Positions 1 through 15,459 of a DNA stretch of 64,000 nt are shown here, in pieces; the stretch's first letter is position 1, and each line of letters opens with the position of its first letter. The notes beneath the pieces are model-generated. The model worked only from the letters and a program-made list of their open reading frames with translations. It was not told where the DNA came from and did no database searches. A program made the translations under genes and the position numbers. The stretch is from Phaeosaccion multiseriatum (lineage: Eukaryota; Protista; Ochrophyta, other classes), in assembly GCA_965112735.1 (NCBI GenBank), contig OZ218951.1, positions 2,914,001 to 2,978,000 of the forward strand. The letters are read 5' to 3'.

Positions 1-2335
<2,335 letters not shown>

Positions 2336-3831
2336 TGCCCATGATGAGGGAGGTGGAAGGGAGGGGGAAACGCCCAAGGCTCTCTCTCCATGAGAGTTTA
2401 GGGGGAGTTTCGTACAAAGGGCAATTTTTGTACAGTTAGGGGTAAAAGAGGTGTGATTGGTACTTAAGGAAGTACACAAGTACACACAGAATGGGCCCCA
2501 TCGCATTCCGCGATGTATGGCGCGCTGCCCGCCCGTGTCTACTTTTTAGACCGGATGGGAGTATATATTGACTTAAAGGAAGAAGGAAGGAGGATGTGTG
2601 TGTGTGTGTGTGTGTGTGTGTCGATGGGAAGGCTCTGGACGTGTTGCTGTATAGTATTAAGTTTAGGTTGGTCGGGAGCACCCCCTCCGGGATATACACA
2701 ATGTGATGTCGACTTTGAGCTCGATGTTGCGGATCGATCGATATTGGACCAACTTTGGTTAAGGTCTAATGAATGAATTTATGATTTAAACTCGTTCACT
2801 TGAGAGTGGGTCCTGGAGTGGGCACACATTTTCGTACTGAATAGTCAGCAACTCAATTTTAATTTGTATTGGAATGGGTTTGCCTTAACGTGGGGCCAGC
2901 ATTCCCACTTCATTTCGGAACAATCACATGAATGAAGTACAAACAGCATGAGCTTTCGTTCCTTTTGGATCGGCCCAGCAGTGGATCAGCAGTCGATCAG
3001 CAGTCGACAGGGGGACCAAGGGCTCAGGCGGGGAGGGGGCTCACGCTCCGCGTTCGGTCACATAGTGCTACGGGGTGTGCGTGCGTGCGTGCGCGCATGT
3101 GCGTGTGCGTGCGTGCGAGGGCATGAGTGAGTCGGAATTTCGTTCTCACCGTCTTCACGCATGCACGCACACATGCACGCACCCACCTACCCACGCGCTC
3201 ACATGCAGGCAACATGTCAGTAACGTTGGTGGGCCCTCCCGCTGCCTACCGCCTTGCTTGCTTTCGCTCCCCAAGAGGGAGAAAGGGAAGGGGAAGGGGA
3301 ACGCTCACTCCGACTAACTCGGGGTTGAGCACAGCTTCCTTCCGCAGCGCTCCTCTCACGCGCGCGCATGCACGAACGCACGCACGCACGCACGCACACA
3401 CGCACGCACGCACACACGCACACATAAACGCATGTGTCCCTCTCCCCTCCCTCCCTCGGTCCTGACATCCACCAGTCTCGAAGCGTCGGTCCCTTCGGGA
3501 GCCACGAACACACTGAACTGGAGGCACTGCATGCAGCACGGCCGGCCGGCGCGCCCCTGTTTCCACTTCTTGTTTCAGTTCCTGTTTCGGTTTCGGTTTT
3601 CCTGTGGCCGGCTGCGAAGTTCCCGCCCGGTAAGAACATCGCCCGGTAGGAGCATCGCCTCCTCCGAAACCTGATTGGCACCCCCAGTGGGTGGGGCTCA
3701 CTTTGGTTGGGAGGGGGTAGGTGCCCAACATCAACAGCACCCTCCTCTCAGCCTCCTCCTCCTCGTCGTCCTCCTCCCCCCCCCCCTCCTCCTCCTCCTC
3801 GTCCTCGTCCTCCTCCTCCGTCTCCGTCTCC

Positions 3832-4195
3832 TCATCCTCCTCCTCCTCCTCCTCCTCCTCCTCCTCCTCCTCCTCCTCCTCCTCCTCCTTCTCCTCTTCC
3901 TTCTCCTCCTTCTTCTCCTCCTTCCCCTCCTCCTCCTCCTCCTCCTCCTCCTCCTCCTCCCCCTTCCCTCTCACCACCACCCTCCATCAAAGTCCGGGCC
4001 CACTTGATCGCTGCCTCAGGTTGAGGCCTCAACACTCTGACGTCACAATTGGCGAGGTGGGGTAAGGCGCGGTGCATTCTCACGTCCTTCCCCAGAAGAG
4101 CGCATTGCAGCAGCTGAAGGGAGTCGCCGTGAGACACCAGAATGACGCAGGTAGGGCCCTTGGGAAACGGCATTCCTTTTGGGGTTTGTTCAGAG

Positions 4196-4250
<55 letters not shown>

Positions 4251-4798
4251 CGGAGAGAGAGGGAGGGAGAGAGAAAAGAGGGGGAGAGGAAGAGAGGGAG
4301 AGGGAGAGAGGGCGTGAGAGAGACAGCGGGCGAGAGATGTGTGTGTGAGGCCATCCTGACTCCTCCCCCCCATTGCTATCCCTTCCCTTCCCGACTTCTC
4401 TCTCCCCCAACCAACCCCAATCACGCACCGTCGCCGGACAAGTGTTTCTGTTTGAGTTTCACCTCGCGCTGTATGGCTGTTACGACACCCGCCATGCGAG
4501 CGGCAACTTGTGAGGGGCTCTCCACACCTCCCACCTAAACACACACGGCACAAGGAATGAGGGTGTGAGAGAGTGAGTGAGTAAGGAAGTGAATGAGGGA
4601 GTGGGTGAGTGAGTGAGTGAGTGAGTGGGTGGGTGGGTGGATGGTGGGTGAGTGAGTGAGTAATGAACATACGGAGCATGATTCCCCCCCCCGCACCTCA
4701 TGGTAGGGAGACTGAATGTCGTGTGCCCACACGGCTCGATACCCTTCGTCCGTCTTGCCGTCCAGAGACCCGAACCACCGCTCCCGCAATAGCCTGTT

Positions 4799-4853
<55 letters not shown>

Positions 4854-5395
4854 CGGGTGGGTGGGTTAGGTATGATGTCGTGGATCAGCTTCTGTGCTGG
4901 CATGTTTCAGCAGAGCAATGCGAGCAAAAGAGTAGTCAAGTACCCTGATTTGAGAGAGGAGGCAAGAAGAGGAGGGCTTTGATGGAGTACAGGTAACACA
5001 AGTGCAGAGCGAATGCAACAACACGTGGTCGGGACAGCAGGGATAAAGCTCCTCACGCTCACCCTTCCACCCGGAGCTCGCACTCCAATTCACCCTGAAT
5101 AATTTCCGCAGTCTCCTGTAGAGCATTAGATGGGTGTGTGTGTGGGTGGGTAGGTGGGTGGGTGGATGGGTGGGTGGGGAAGGGAGGGGTGCGATGTGAG
5201 GACGACATGGCGAGGAGGAGGGACGGATGGGAGGGATGGGAGGGCAGAAATGGGCGGGCAGGGCAGCAATATCATGTCAGGCGCTGCTGTCCATGAGCTG
5301 CTGAGACATAACGAATCAGAGACCACCTCGCTGGGTATGGTAGAATGTAGTGGTATGGTGCATGGGAGGAGGAAGTAGCAGGCCGCTGCAAAAGG

Positions 5396-5448
<53 letters not shown>

Positions 5449-6201
5449 GAGGCATACGCACCTTGGCCCTGGAGAATGGCGAGGTGTAGATAACAATATT
5501 CTCCTTGTCCACAGCCCCCAAGCGCGCTATGGCCTCCCCCAGCTCCTTAGCGGCCCGTGCGGCCTGCTCCTTGCCCTGCTCGGTCAGTCCATTGGCGGGC
5601 TTTACTCCTTCTTCCTCGCTGCTGCATATGGTGCCAGCTACGTTGGGGAAGCTCTCTCCGTCTGGTGGTGGGAGATAAGTCAAGAGGGCGCAAGCGAGAG
5701 AGACCGAAGTAGTTCAGATGGACACGGAAAGAGAAGAAGGAAGGCCTCTAAGGCCTCTCCGTACTCACGTCTGACAAGGAAGAACGTGACGGAATTTGTA
5801 CCCTGCTCTTTGTCTGCCATCGCACCAGCCACAGCCGCCGCAGCCGCATCCGCATCAATGGAAGCAGTCACGTCGTGTGGGAGCGACACGAGGTTCCCTT
5901 CCTCTTCCTTCGTCGTCGCTTGATCGTTTGCAGCAGAGGGTAGCGATGTGGCACCTCCTTCCCCTTCCGAGGTATCTTCCGCTGGGTGCTCCTTTTGCAC
6001 TGGCAATGGAGGCCGGATGCTCTGGCTGAGAGCCACGTGGGGGCCTCCCTCTCCGCCCGTTGTTCCGCCTAACCCTCTCCCTCCACCTGCAGCAGTAGCC
6101 GCAGTAGCTCCACCTCGCAGAGGCGCTCTAAGCAGCGACGGCACGGCTGCTGCGGAGTGCTGCAGCAACAGCACGCTTCCAAGGAAGATGCGCACAAACA
6201 T
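3832..6201 (-). CDS. Histidine phosphatase superfamily (phosphoglycerate mutase-like) protein with N-terminal signal peptide
   Basis: The spliced product contains FFLVR|HGESFPN (RHG catalytic motif split by an intron at ~5662-5768), GLTEQGKEQA, YTSPFSRAK|ETAEII, LRERWFGSLDG, GVES and ILVSHGDSLQ. ATG at 6201 starts MFVRIFLGSVLLLQHSAAA. The 3' end is uncertain: either the poly-Gly run to the stop at 3832 or a further splice. Confidence 0.88.
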
Positions 6202-7385
6202 CGCGGCAAAATGGACCAAAATGACCCGACAAAGTGCGCGTGGTGGTAGTATTAAATCACAGGCTGGCGATGCTCAAATGTAAAATTTCACGCTGAACCC
6301 CCGCAAGGGAGGGAATTCGTCCACACCAAAGGCCCACAACAAAGGCACGCCCGTCACTTCGGGGCCCCGACCACCTGCAGCAGCAGATGGGTGTATGCAG
6401 AATCGGGACGATTGGGGCCTGCTGACCGGATACACGGCTCAATACGTGTCTCGTGTCTCGGGCCTCCTCCCACTCCCCACCTCGTTAAAACTTGGATACC
6501 CAACCGGTCAAGCCGGCATACCGACCGAGGGATGAGGGATGAGGGGGGTTGAGTGATCCTTGATCCTTCTTTCAATAAATTGACAAGTCTTTGATTGTTT
6601 AACGTCACTCGAACTACATGTATGTTTTTTAAACTTAAAAAAAGTATGAGACGATTTTTTCCATCTCTCTTTCTCTCTATGTCTTCGGTCTATTTCGGCA
6701 CCCCATGATTCGCGTTTATAATCGCAGAAATCAAAACGAAAGTCACAAGGAAACAATCGCTGGGGCTCATGACCAGGACCTCTTCCCCTCTTCTCTTTCC
6801 ATCCCACCTTTCTCTCTCTCAGTCCTCAGCAAGTAGCTAACGGCCCAGAGGGGGCTCGTTTTGTCTACTCCTGCTGAAGCTGGGGCGTCTCACATACGCT
6901 CTCACGCACGGTCCCACAGTCAGGCAGCCTGCTAGCCAGCCAGTCTGGCCCTTTGGAAGAGGAAGACTCCATTCTCTCAGACCCTCCTCCTCCCCTCCCT
7001 TCCCTCGCCCCATCCCTCCCTCCCTCCCTCCTTCCTTCCCTCCATCCTTCGCTTCCCGACGCCGCTCAGCAGCGCCTCCAAGAGGAGAAAGAGCCTCTGC
7101 AGTAGAGGAGCGTGGCGTGTGGGGTAAGGAAGACCCACCTCCGCTCCTCTTTAACTCTTAACCCTCTTCTCCTCTACCTCGCCGGCGGCCCCTTCTCTCT
7201 CCTGCACACATCGCGCAAGTCTAGGAAGAGTCAGTCCGGCCCCAATGCCTTCCCCTTCATGTCACCCACTCACTCACTCGCTCAGCCCCTCCCCCCTGCC
7301 TTCGACCCAGCGCCGCCATCCATATCCATCGATGACCACCCATCTGTTGCCATCCCTCCAAGTCCCTTATAATCCCACGACCTCA

Positions 7386-7697
7386 TCATGGCCTCATACC
7401 ATCACCTCCCACCCACAGCGCCGCCGCCGCACACAACACCGACAGCCCCACAGCCGCCCAACCACTCGCTCCTACCGCCCCTGTCGCTCCTACAGGGGCC
7501 GAGCTTTGCTGCGAGCCCACACTGTCGGACGAAGACTCCGTAGGTGACAGCGTCTCACCGGGACGGACGACCCCCCTGGGGGCTTCGGAAGCCTCCGGGG
7601 AAGGCGCTGCTGTTGGGGCCACTGTTGGGGCTAGTGTTGGCGCCGGTGTTTCCGTGGTGGTGGTGGTGGTGGTGGTGGTGGTGATGCTAGGCGCGGT

Positions 7698-7728
<31 letters not shown>

Positions 7729-8069
7729 GGTGACGGTGTGGCGGTGGTGGAAGAAGTGGTGGTGGTCTGCCCCGCTTCAGATGGCGACGGTGTGACTTCC
7801 TCCTCCTCCTCCTCCTCCTCCGTAGGGCTCAGGGTGGGCCCATCGGTCTCGGTGCCAGTGGTGCCTCCAGTGCCTGCTGGACTGGGGCTGGGCCCCTCCG
7901 TCTCCGTCCCCGTCTCCGTTGTTGTTGGAGTTGTGGAGTCAGTACCCTCCCCCTCCCTAGGAGTTGGTGATGGGCTGGGCGTTGGCGACGCCGTCGGACT
8001 CTCGGTTTCGCCTCCTCCTCCTCCTCCTCCTCCTTCCTCCACGGGCGCGACGGTAGGGGCAGCTGTAAC

Positions 8070-8108
<39 letters not shown>

Positions 8109-11100
8109 CGGGCAAGGGGTGGAGAGGGGGCAGCAGCAGCAGAAGCAGCAGCAGCAGACGGGCAAGGGATGGAGAGGGGGCAGCAGCAGCAGAAGCAGTA
8201 GCAAGGGTAGTGCTTGGTGAGGATGGGGAGGGGGCAGCAGTGGCCGTGGCGAAGGAGGCGAAGGACGGGAGAGAGGTGGTTAAGGTTGTGGTCTGTGTGA
8301 GTGCTTGTGTTGGTGGTGGTGTTGGTGGTGGTGGTGGCAGGAGGGTGCACCTGAGGAGGTGGCGGTTGTAGGTTCTAGTGTTGGAGTTGGTGTAGGTGTT
8401 GGTAATATGGTAGATGTAGGTGTTGGTAGTATGGAAGGTGTAGGTGTTGGTAGTATGGAAGGTGTAGCTGATGGTGTACGTGTAGCTGATGGTAAAGGTG
8501 TAGGTATAGGTGTTGGTAGTATGAAGGTGTAGCTGATGGTGTAGGTGTAGGTGTTGGTAGTATGGAAGGTGTAGGTGTTGGTAGTATGGGAGGTGTAGCT
8601 GATGGTATAGGTGTAGGTGTAGATATTGGTAGTATCGCAGGTGTAGGTGTTGGTAGTATGGCAGGTGTAGCTGATGGTAAAGGTGTGGGTGTGGGTGTTG
8701 GTATGGAAGGTGTAGCTGATGATATAGGTGTAGGTGTTGGTAGTATGGAAGGTGTAGCTGATGGTTTAGGTGTAGGTGTAGGTATTGGTAGTATGGCAGG
8801 TATAGGTGTTGGTAGAAAGGGAGGTTAGCTGATGGTTTAGGTGTAGGTGTAGATATTGGTAGTATGGCAGGTGTTGGTGTTGGTAGTATGGGAGGTGTAG
8901 CTGATGGTATAGGTGGAGGTGCAGGTGTTGGTAGTATGGAAGATGTAGGTGTTGATAGCATGGGAGGTGTAGCTGATGGTAAAGGTGTAGGTGTAGGTGT
9001 TGGTAGTATGGAAGGTGTAGCTGATGGTATAGGTGTAGGTGTAGGTGTAGGTATTGGTAGTATGGCAGGTATAGGTGTTGGTAGTATGGAAGGTGTAGGT
9101 GATGGTATAGGTGTAGATGTAGATATTGGTAGTATGGAAGGTGTAGGTATTGGAAGCAGGGGAGGGGAAGCTGATGGTATAGGTGTAGGTGTAGATATTG
9201 GTAGTATGGAAGGTGTAGGGGGAAGCATGGGAGGTGTGCTGATGGTAAAGGTGTAGGTGTAGGTGTTGGTAGTATGGAAGGTGTAGCTGATGGCGTAGGT
9301 GTAGGTGTTGGTAATGGCGTAGGTGTAGGGGCTGGTAGTATGGAAGGTGTAGGTGTTGGTAGTATGGGAGGTGTAGCTGATCGTATAGGTGTAGGTGTAG
9401 GTGTTGGTAGTATGGAAGATGTAGGTGTTGGTAGTATGGAAGGTGTAGCTGATCGTATAGGTGTAGGTGTAGGTATTGGTAGTATGGAAGGTGTAGGTGT
9501 TGGTAGTATGGGAGGTGTAGCTGATCGTATAGGTGTAGGTGCAGGTATTGATGTTGATGTTGATATTGATGTTGGAGTAGGTGATGGTCATAGTAGTGGT
9601 GTTGGTGTGGGTGCACCTGAGGAAGGTGCTGGAGTCGGAGGCGGAGATACGACTACTCCAGCCGGCGCCACTGTGGGGCGAGCCGTTGGAGCGGGCGTTG
9701 GAGGGAGCGTCGGAGGGGGCGTTGTGGTGGGTGCCAGAGTGGGCTCGATAGTAGTTGGTGGTACAGTGCTGGTTGGTGGTACAGTTGGCGACGCAGTGGG
9801 TGCAGTACCTGTGGGCGCCAATGAAGGGGCAGCAGAAGGCTCCGACGAGGGAGCCTGAGCAGTAAGGCAATGAGTAAGGCAAGGCAGATAGGGAAGAGGA
9901 GGGGAGGGAGGGAGGGAGGGAGGGAGGGAGGGAGGGAGGGGAGGGGAGGGGAGGGAGGAAGGGATATGAGCGAGGGCCCGTTTCAGGCGCACGAAGGGGA
10001 CACAGTTGCAGTACAGTGCAGTAGTCTGAGTCGGGTCGATGGGTGGGTGGGTGGGTGGGTGGGCAGGTGGTGGGTAGGTGGGTAGACAACGTCCCAAGGG
10101 CGAAACCTCAGAAAGAAAGCCTGCACACGCACTTGCACGTGTGCTACAGCAAACAGCACACATACACACACTCTACACAAAGCACACACACACGCACACA
10201 CACAAACATGTACCCCCCCCCCCACACACACCCACACCCACACACCCTAACCTCAGTCTCGGCTGCAGTGGGTGCTCCTGTAGACACCTCGACAGGGGCG
10301 GGAGTAGGCTCCGCAGTGGGTGGAGCAGTGGGTGGAGCAGTGGGTGGAGCAGTGGGTGGAGCAGTGGGTGGAGCAGTTGGCTCCGGCGTTGGGGCCGCTG
10401 TAGGGGGGGGTGTGGGCGCAGCAGTAGGCTCGGCAGTGGGTGGAAGAGTCGGTGCTGCAGTGGGAGGTGGGGTGGGCGCAATCACCGGGGCGGGCGTCGA
10501 GGGCAAAGGAGCCGGGGTGGAGGAATCGGTATCACCTCCGCCTCCTTCTCCTGTGTTTGCACAGGTGTCGTAGTCTCCGGTAAGGATGTCCACGCACGTG
10601 CTGCTGCAATCGGTGGAGAGGACGTAGCCGAGAGATTCAAACACTCGCTTGGTACGGTCACCGACGCAGCTGTATGGGGAGGGAGTTGTACGTTACAGAA
10701 AAAGCCAAGGGAGAGCAACACATAACAGGCAGGGAGGTGGAGGGAGGGGGGGGAGGGCAATGAGGGTGCGGGGTCAACTCAAAGGATCACTACACGGCGA
10801 TACCGATGCGATACACACACACATGCACACACTCACACAAATGCGCCCACATATGCACATACGCGCACACACACAGACACGGACACCATCTCTCTCGTTC
10901 TCCCTCTCCACCATGAAGATGACCCCTGGGCCTGCCTGCCCTCAGTCAAACCTATCCTATCCGCCTTATACACAATCAACCCTACCCTGCCCTATGCTAC
11001 CCTACCCTTCTAACTTAAATCCCCCTCTCCACCTCAAAGACGCAAAAGCGAAGGAGGAGAGCTTTCCAAGGACGAGAGAGTTTGTTCTCTTGCCTTGCTT

Positions 11101-14045
11101 TGCCTTGCCTTGCCTTCCCTTGCTTTGCTTAGCGCTCTCGTCGAATAATCCCTCTCTCCACTTCCACAGTTACTTAACATACTACGTACCGGATGACTTC
11201 GCCGGGGGCCACTTCCGGGGTGAGGAGGCTGTCAAAGTTCCCTGGGGGGAAAAATTGTTCGTCGAAATGGTTCATGGAAGAACCGTACTCGTACGGTCGG
11301 GGAGTGTAGATCGGCAGGCACTCGGCCTCTGAGGGGAAGGAGGACGGGAGGATGGGAAGTTGGAGAGAGAGGGAGGGGGGGGTGAGAGCAGGGGTAGGGG
11401 GGAAGGAGAAAAAGAGGGAGGAGGAGAAGGAGGAGGAGGAGAAGGAGGAGGAGGAGGGAGGAGGAGGAGGAGGGAGGAGGAGGAGGAGGAGGAGGAGGAG
11501 GAGGAAGAGGAGGAGGGAGGAGGAGGGAGGAGGAGGAGGAGGAGGAGGAGGAGGAAGGAGGAGGAGGAGGTTAGGCTTCGCAGAAGTAGAGGATGCTGTG
11601 TCTCCATCCTCGTCGTCCTTCCTCGCCTCCTGTGTTCACTGGAGTGCAATGCGCTTTCCTTCTAATGCATCAATCACCCTTTTCTCACTCACGTGGTGAC
11701 CACATGGAGCGGGCGCCCTCTCTCCCTCCCTCCCCCCCTCCCTCCTCCCTCTCTCCTCCATCCCTCCCTCCCTCCCTCCCTTCCTCCTCCCTCTCTCCTC
11801 CCTCTCTCCTCCCTCCCTCCCTCCCTCTCCCTCTCCCCCTCCCTCCCTCCATCCAAGCTCCATCCATCCATTCCCCTCTCCCTCCCTCTTCCCTCCACCA
11901 CACATCGCTCACCGACTTCGTCGAAGATGCACGCAATGCTGTCCGTGAAGACATCATTTGTGGTCAGTTCGGCCATATTGGTGGGGAAGTTTTGCGGATT
12001 AATGACCCGCTCCCCGTCCACTCCATCCCTCATGAGAGCACTGAGGGAGTTGCCGGCAAGCTGAGTGCCGTAATCAGGCCAGTAAGGCCCGGTATCATTG
12101 CCGTCATCGTCCGGGACACTGCCCAGGTTTGAAGCAAAGCCCAAGGCGTGCCCGATTTCGTGGGTCATGACGGACACAAAATCGATCTGAAACCGCCCAA
12201 TCTCAGTCCCATCAATTCCGTCTAGAGAGAGAGAGGGGTGGGGGGGGGGGGGGCGGGGAGGAGGAAGAGGGAGGGAGGGAGGGAGGGAGGGAGGGAGGGA
12301 GGGAGGGAGAGAAGGAGGGAGAGAAGGAGGGAGGGAGGGAGGGAGGGAGGGAGGGAGGGAGGGAGGGAGGGAGGGAGGGAGGGAGGGAGGGAGAGAGGGA
12401 GGGAGGGAGGGAGGGAGGGAGGGAGGGAGAGAAGGAGGGAGGGGAGGGGGAGAGAGATAAACGGCAGAGGAAGGAGGGGGGGAAGGAGAGGGTGAGGGAC
12501 AGGGGTGGGGGAAGCGAGAGTGTGAGAGAGGGCGAAGAGAGAGAATGTCCACACTGAAACACTGCATTGAGAAATACTTCCCTGTCTGTAGCCACGTCAC
12601 GGAACAAATACCCACATCCACCTCTCCTACATCGACTTTACTTTGCATTCACATTTCCACTCTTTGGCACGACACGACACGGCATGGCACCACCCACCCA
12701 CCCACCCAACCACCCACCCACCCACCCACTCACCCACTCTCCCACCCACCCACTCACCCACCCACCCACCCACCCACCCACCCACCCACCCACCCACCCC
12801 CCCACCCACCCACCCACCCACCCACCCACCCACCTACCCACCCACCCACCCACCCACCCACCTGCCCGCCCATCTACCCACCTACCCACCCACCCACCCA
12901 CCCACCCACCTACCCACCCACCTACCCACCCATCTATCCACCTGCCTATTCACCACCCACCCACTCATTCACTCACTCACAGTAAAAGTTGGTGTTCTGA
13001 TTGAAGTTCAGCTCTCCGTCGAACTCTATATCATAAGCGGAGGCGAGCTGCCCCGCAATGTCCCCCAACGGCTCTCCGTAACGCAGCTGAGCAGTGGCGT
13101 ACTCGACGGTGGTGACTCCGTTGCTAATGCCAAGGTACTCCAGGGACGTTTGCGCCACTGTGCCAGCGGTTGCGCTGTTGGATCCTGACAGGTCTGCCAC
13201 GGGGTTGATGCTGTTGTAGTTGTAGAGGTAGTGGGGGGGGGGGGGGGGAAACCGCGTTCGTTCCGGGGAGAGGAGAGAGAGAGGGAGTGAGTGCGTGCAT
13301 GGGGCGATGGACATGACTTCGAAAAAGTACGAGCGGATGCTATGGAATGCATCCGAAGAAGGTATGGGATGGACTTGAAGAAGCAAAACAGTAGAAGACA
13401 AGACAGGGGAGGTGTGTAACGGGGCAAGGTGTGTGCACGGCTGCTCCCTGTCGTTCTTGCCTCGGGAATGATCCTTCACTCATCACAGTCCTTCTCCTAC
13501 ACACTTTTGCCTTCCCGTACCCGCCTCCCACCCCGGCCCTACTCTTCCCCATGACCGACCTTAACCACACCCCCTGCACCGACTCACCGCAGCTTGATTC
13601 CACCGAAGGGCGCGGGCTCAATGATCTCTGCCCAAATGCACAAGGCCTCCTCCGTGGCGGCCACAGCCTGCTCCAGCTGCGGAGAAGGCGCAGGGCTAGG
13701 GGCAAAGTCTACATCAAACAGTGTGGTGTAGTCACAATCGCGGTCCAGCCTCCGCCCCCTCTTTCTCGACGTGAGCACCGCCCCCGAGCTCTCCAGATGA
13801 GACTCCACGGCCTCCTCCGCTTGCTTCAGTGAAATGGTCCGTTTCGGTGCGCGGAACGTGACCGGTGGCCCTTCCGCTGATGCCGCTGCGGTCGATGCTG
13901 GAGGGGTTGCGGTTACTGCTGACGCTACTGCTGATGCTGTCGAAGCTGCGGCTGGGAGCGTGCATAGGAAGAGGAAGGCCTGCCGACGTCGCCGCTGCGG
14001 GTGGGGCATTGGCCGGTAACGGACGCTGCTCCTGATTCCTTGCAT
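7386..14045 (-). CDS. Secreted/cell-surface zincin metalloprotease (HEIGHALGF) with Pro/Thr mucin-like stalk and C-terminal GPI-like hydrophobic tail
   Basis: Exons ~14045-13588, 13210-12981, 12221-11913, 11328-11189, 10669-10251, ~9855-9617 and 8062-7386 join in frame. The product includes NFYYGIDG..QIDFVSVMTHEIGHALGF, LPIYTPRPYEYGSSMNHFDE..DSLLTPEVAPGE, a PTAAPT stalk and a terminal GWAAVGLSVLCAAAALWV. Alternative ATG at 14009. Confidence 0.88.
8343..9623. repeat. Degenerate minisatellite block (GGTAGTATGGAAGGTGTAGCTGATGGTATAGGTGTA-type units) in the metalloprotease intron
   Basis: Dozens of variant units built from GGTGTA, GGTAGTATGG and GCTGAT elements, bracketed by a 15-bp direct repeat GGGTGCACCTGAGGA at 8343-8357 and 9609-9623. 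Confidence 0.9.
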
Positions 14046-15459
14046 GGGCAGGCGCTGTGGCGCCTCCTGCTGCTGTGTGCTTTCCTTTTCCTCACCTCTT
14101 CTGTTCTGCTGCTCTGCTGACTGCGTTGCAACTTCTGTTGCTCCCTGTGTGTGTCTCCTGATCACCACCAATTCTTGCGCCACAATTAGATGCGCTTCTG
14201 CTATGCCTAATATCACTCCGATGCGAAGCCCCACAGTGGGAAGTGCGCTAAGGGTACAGCCGGATGTTTTTGTACTCGATCTCCTCGCGCATCGCCCCAA
14301 AGGAAAGTGTAAAACCGACCGATATTGTACCCCTCGCTTTTGCAAGCGGTAGACACGATGTACAACTACAATTGGTCCCTCTCTCTTCCTCCCTCTCTTC
14401 TCTCTCTACTTGTACTCTCCTTGGTACTCCCTGCAACTTTGCCACGCTGCTGCCTTGTGGAATAATCTCGGGTATGTGTTTTATATCAAATTATCTTTGA
14501 GAGGATTTCGGGTCCCGGTCGCATGTACGACATCTGTAAGATTTCTACGGACCACCAACACGACACGTCCATTTTTCATTTTTCTCCCCTCTCTTTTAAT
14601 TGTTCCATTTGCTCGAATTTGGTGTACCATCATGCATCATCATGTTCCATCATGCATCATCATGTTATGGGTTTGGGTTGGTTTGGGGGTATCGCACCAT
14701 TCAAGGGGGGGCCTGTGCGAAACCCCTTGATACCAGTCGGACTCCAGCAGGGAATGAGTGACTGAGTGAGTATCGATGAGTAGCTAGAGGGAAGATGTGT
14801 AGGGGGAGTATGCATGGCGGCGTTAGTCGGAGTTCGGGTGTGGGGGCGTGCGTGGGTGCGTGCGTGCGTGCGTGCGTGCGTGGGTGCGTGCGTGGGTGTG
14901 TGCGTGTGCGTGCGTGTGCAGAGTGGCGTCCGTGCGTGCCTGCCATGAGCACAGTGAGTAAGAGAGTGAGTGAGGGACGAGTCAGGAGGAGGGGCGCCAC
15001 TGTTAGCCTCAGCAACAGGCCCCTCTTTCGTCTGTCGATGGCAAATATACCATGATAGGAGTGCAGCTGCGGTGTTGCAGACCAGAAATACGTAATTAGG
15101 TACGTGTATTTGAAGCGTCGACCTGCGCGACAACCCTTCCAGCATGGCGTAAAACAGTGTGCTACGAGGAAGGAAGGAAAAAAGGTTTTCCCCGCAAGCT
15201 CCGCAAACTGAAACTGGCCCTCTCGACCCTGGGGAGTAGTATACTCTGCCAAACTTCCCCTTCAATAATAATATCCCTCCTTCCCCCAATTTCTCTACTC
15301 GATGTCGATAAATTTCTTCCCTACACTAACAAAAGCTACTTCAAGCAACGAGGCCCGTCAAAAAAAAGAAAAAAGCAACGCGCGACCGCTCATCTCCAGA
15401 GGCACGACGAACGTCACGCGTATAGCTAACACCCCAACCCCATCCGCCCATTCTCCTCC

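Noticed and set aside
2640-2975. AT-rich island as a transposon remnant (also 6570-6760)
   Set aside because: No terminal inverted repeats, target-site duplication or transposase/RT similarity visible; composition alone is insufficient.
9588-9590. In-frame TGA as selenocysteine or programmed readthrough
   Set aside because: It lies in low-complexity stalk-like sequence followed by frameshifts, has no redox context or evident SECIS, and is removed by a plausible intron.
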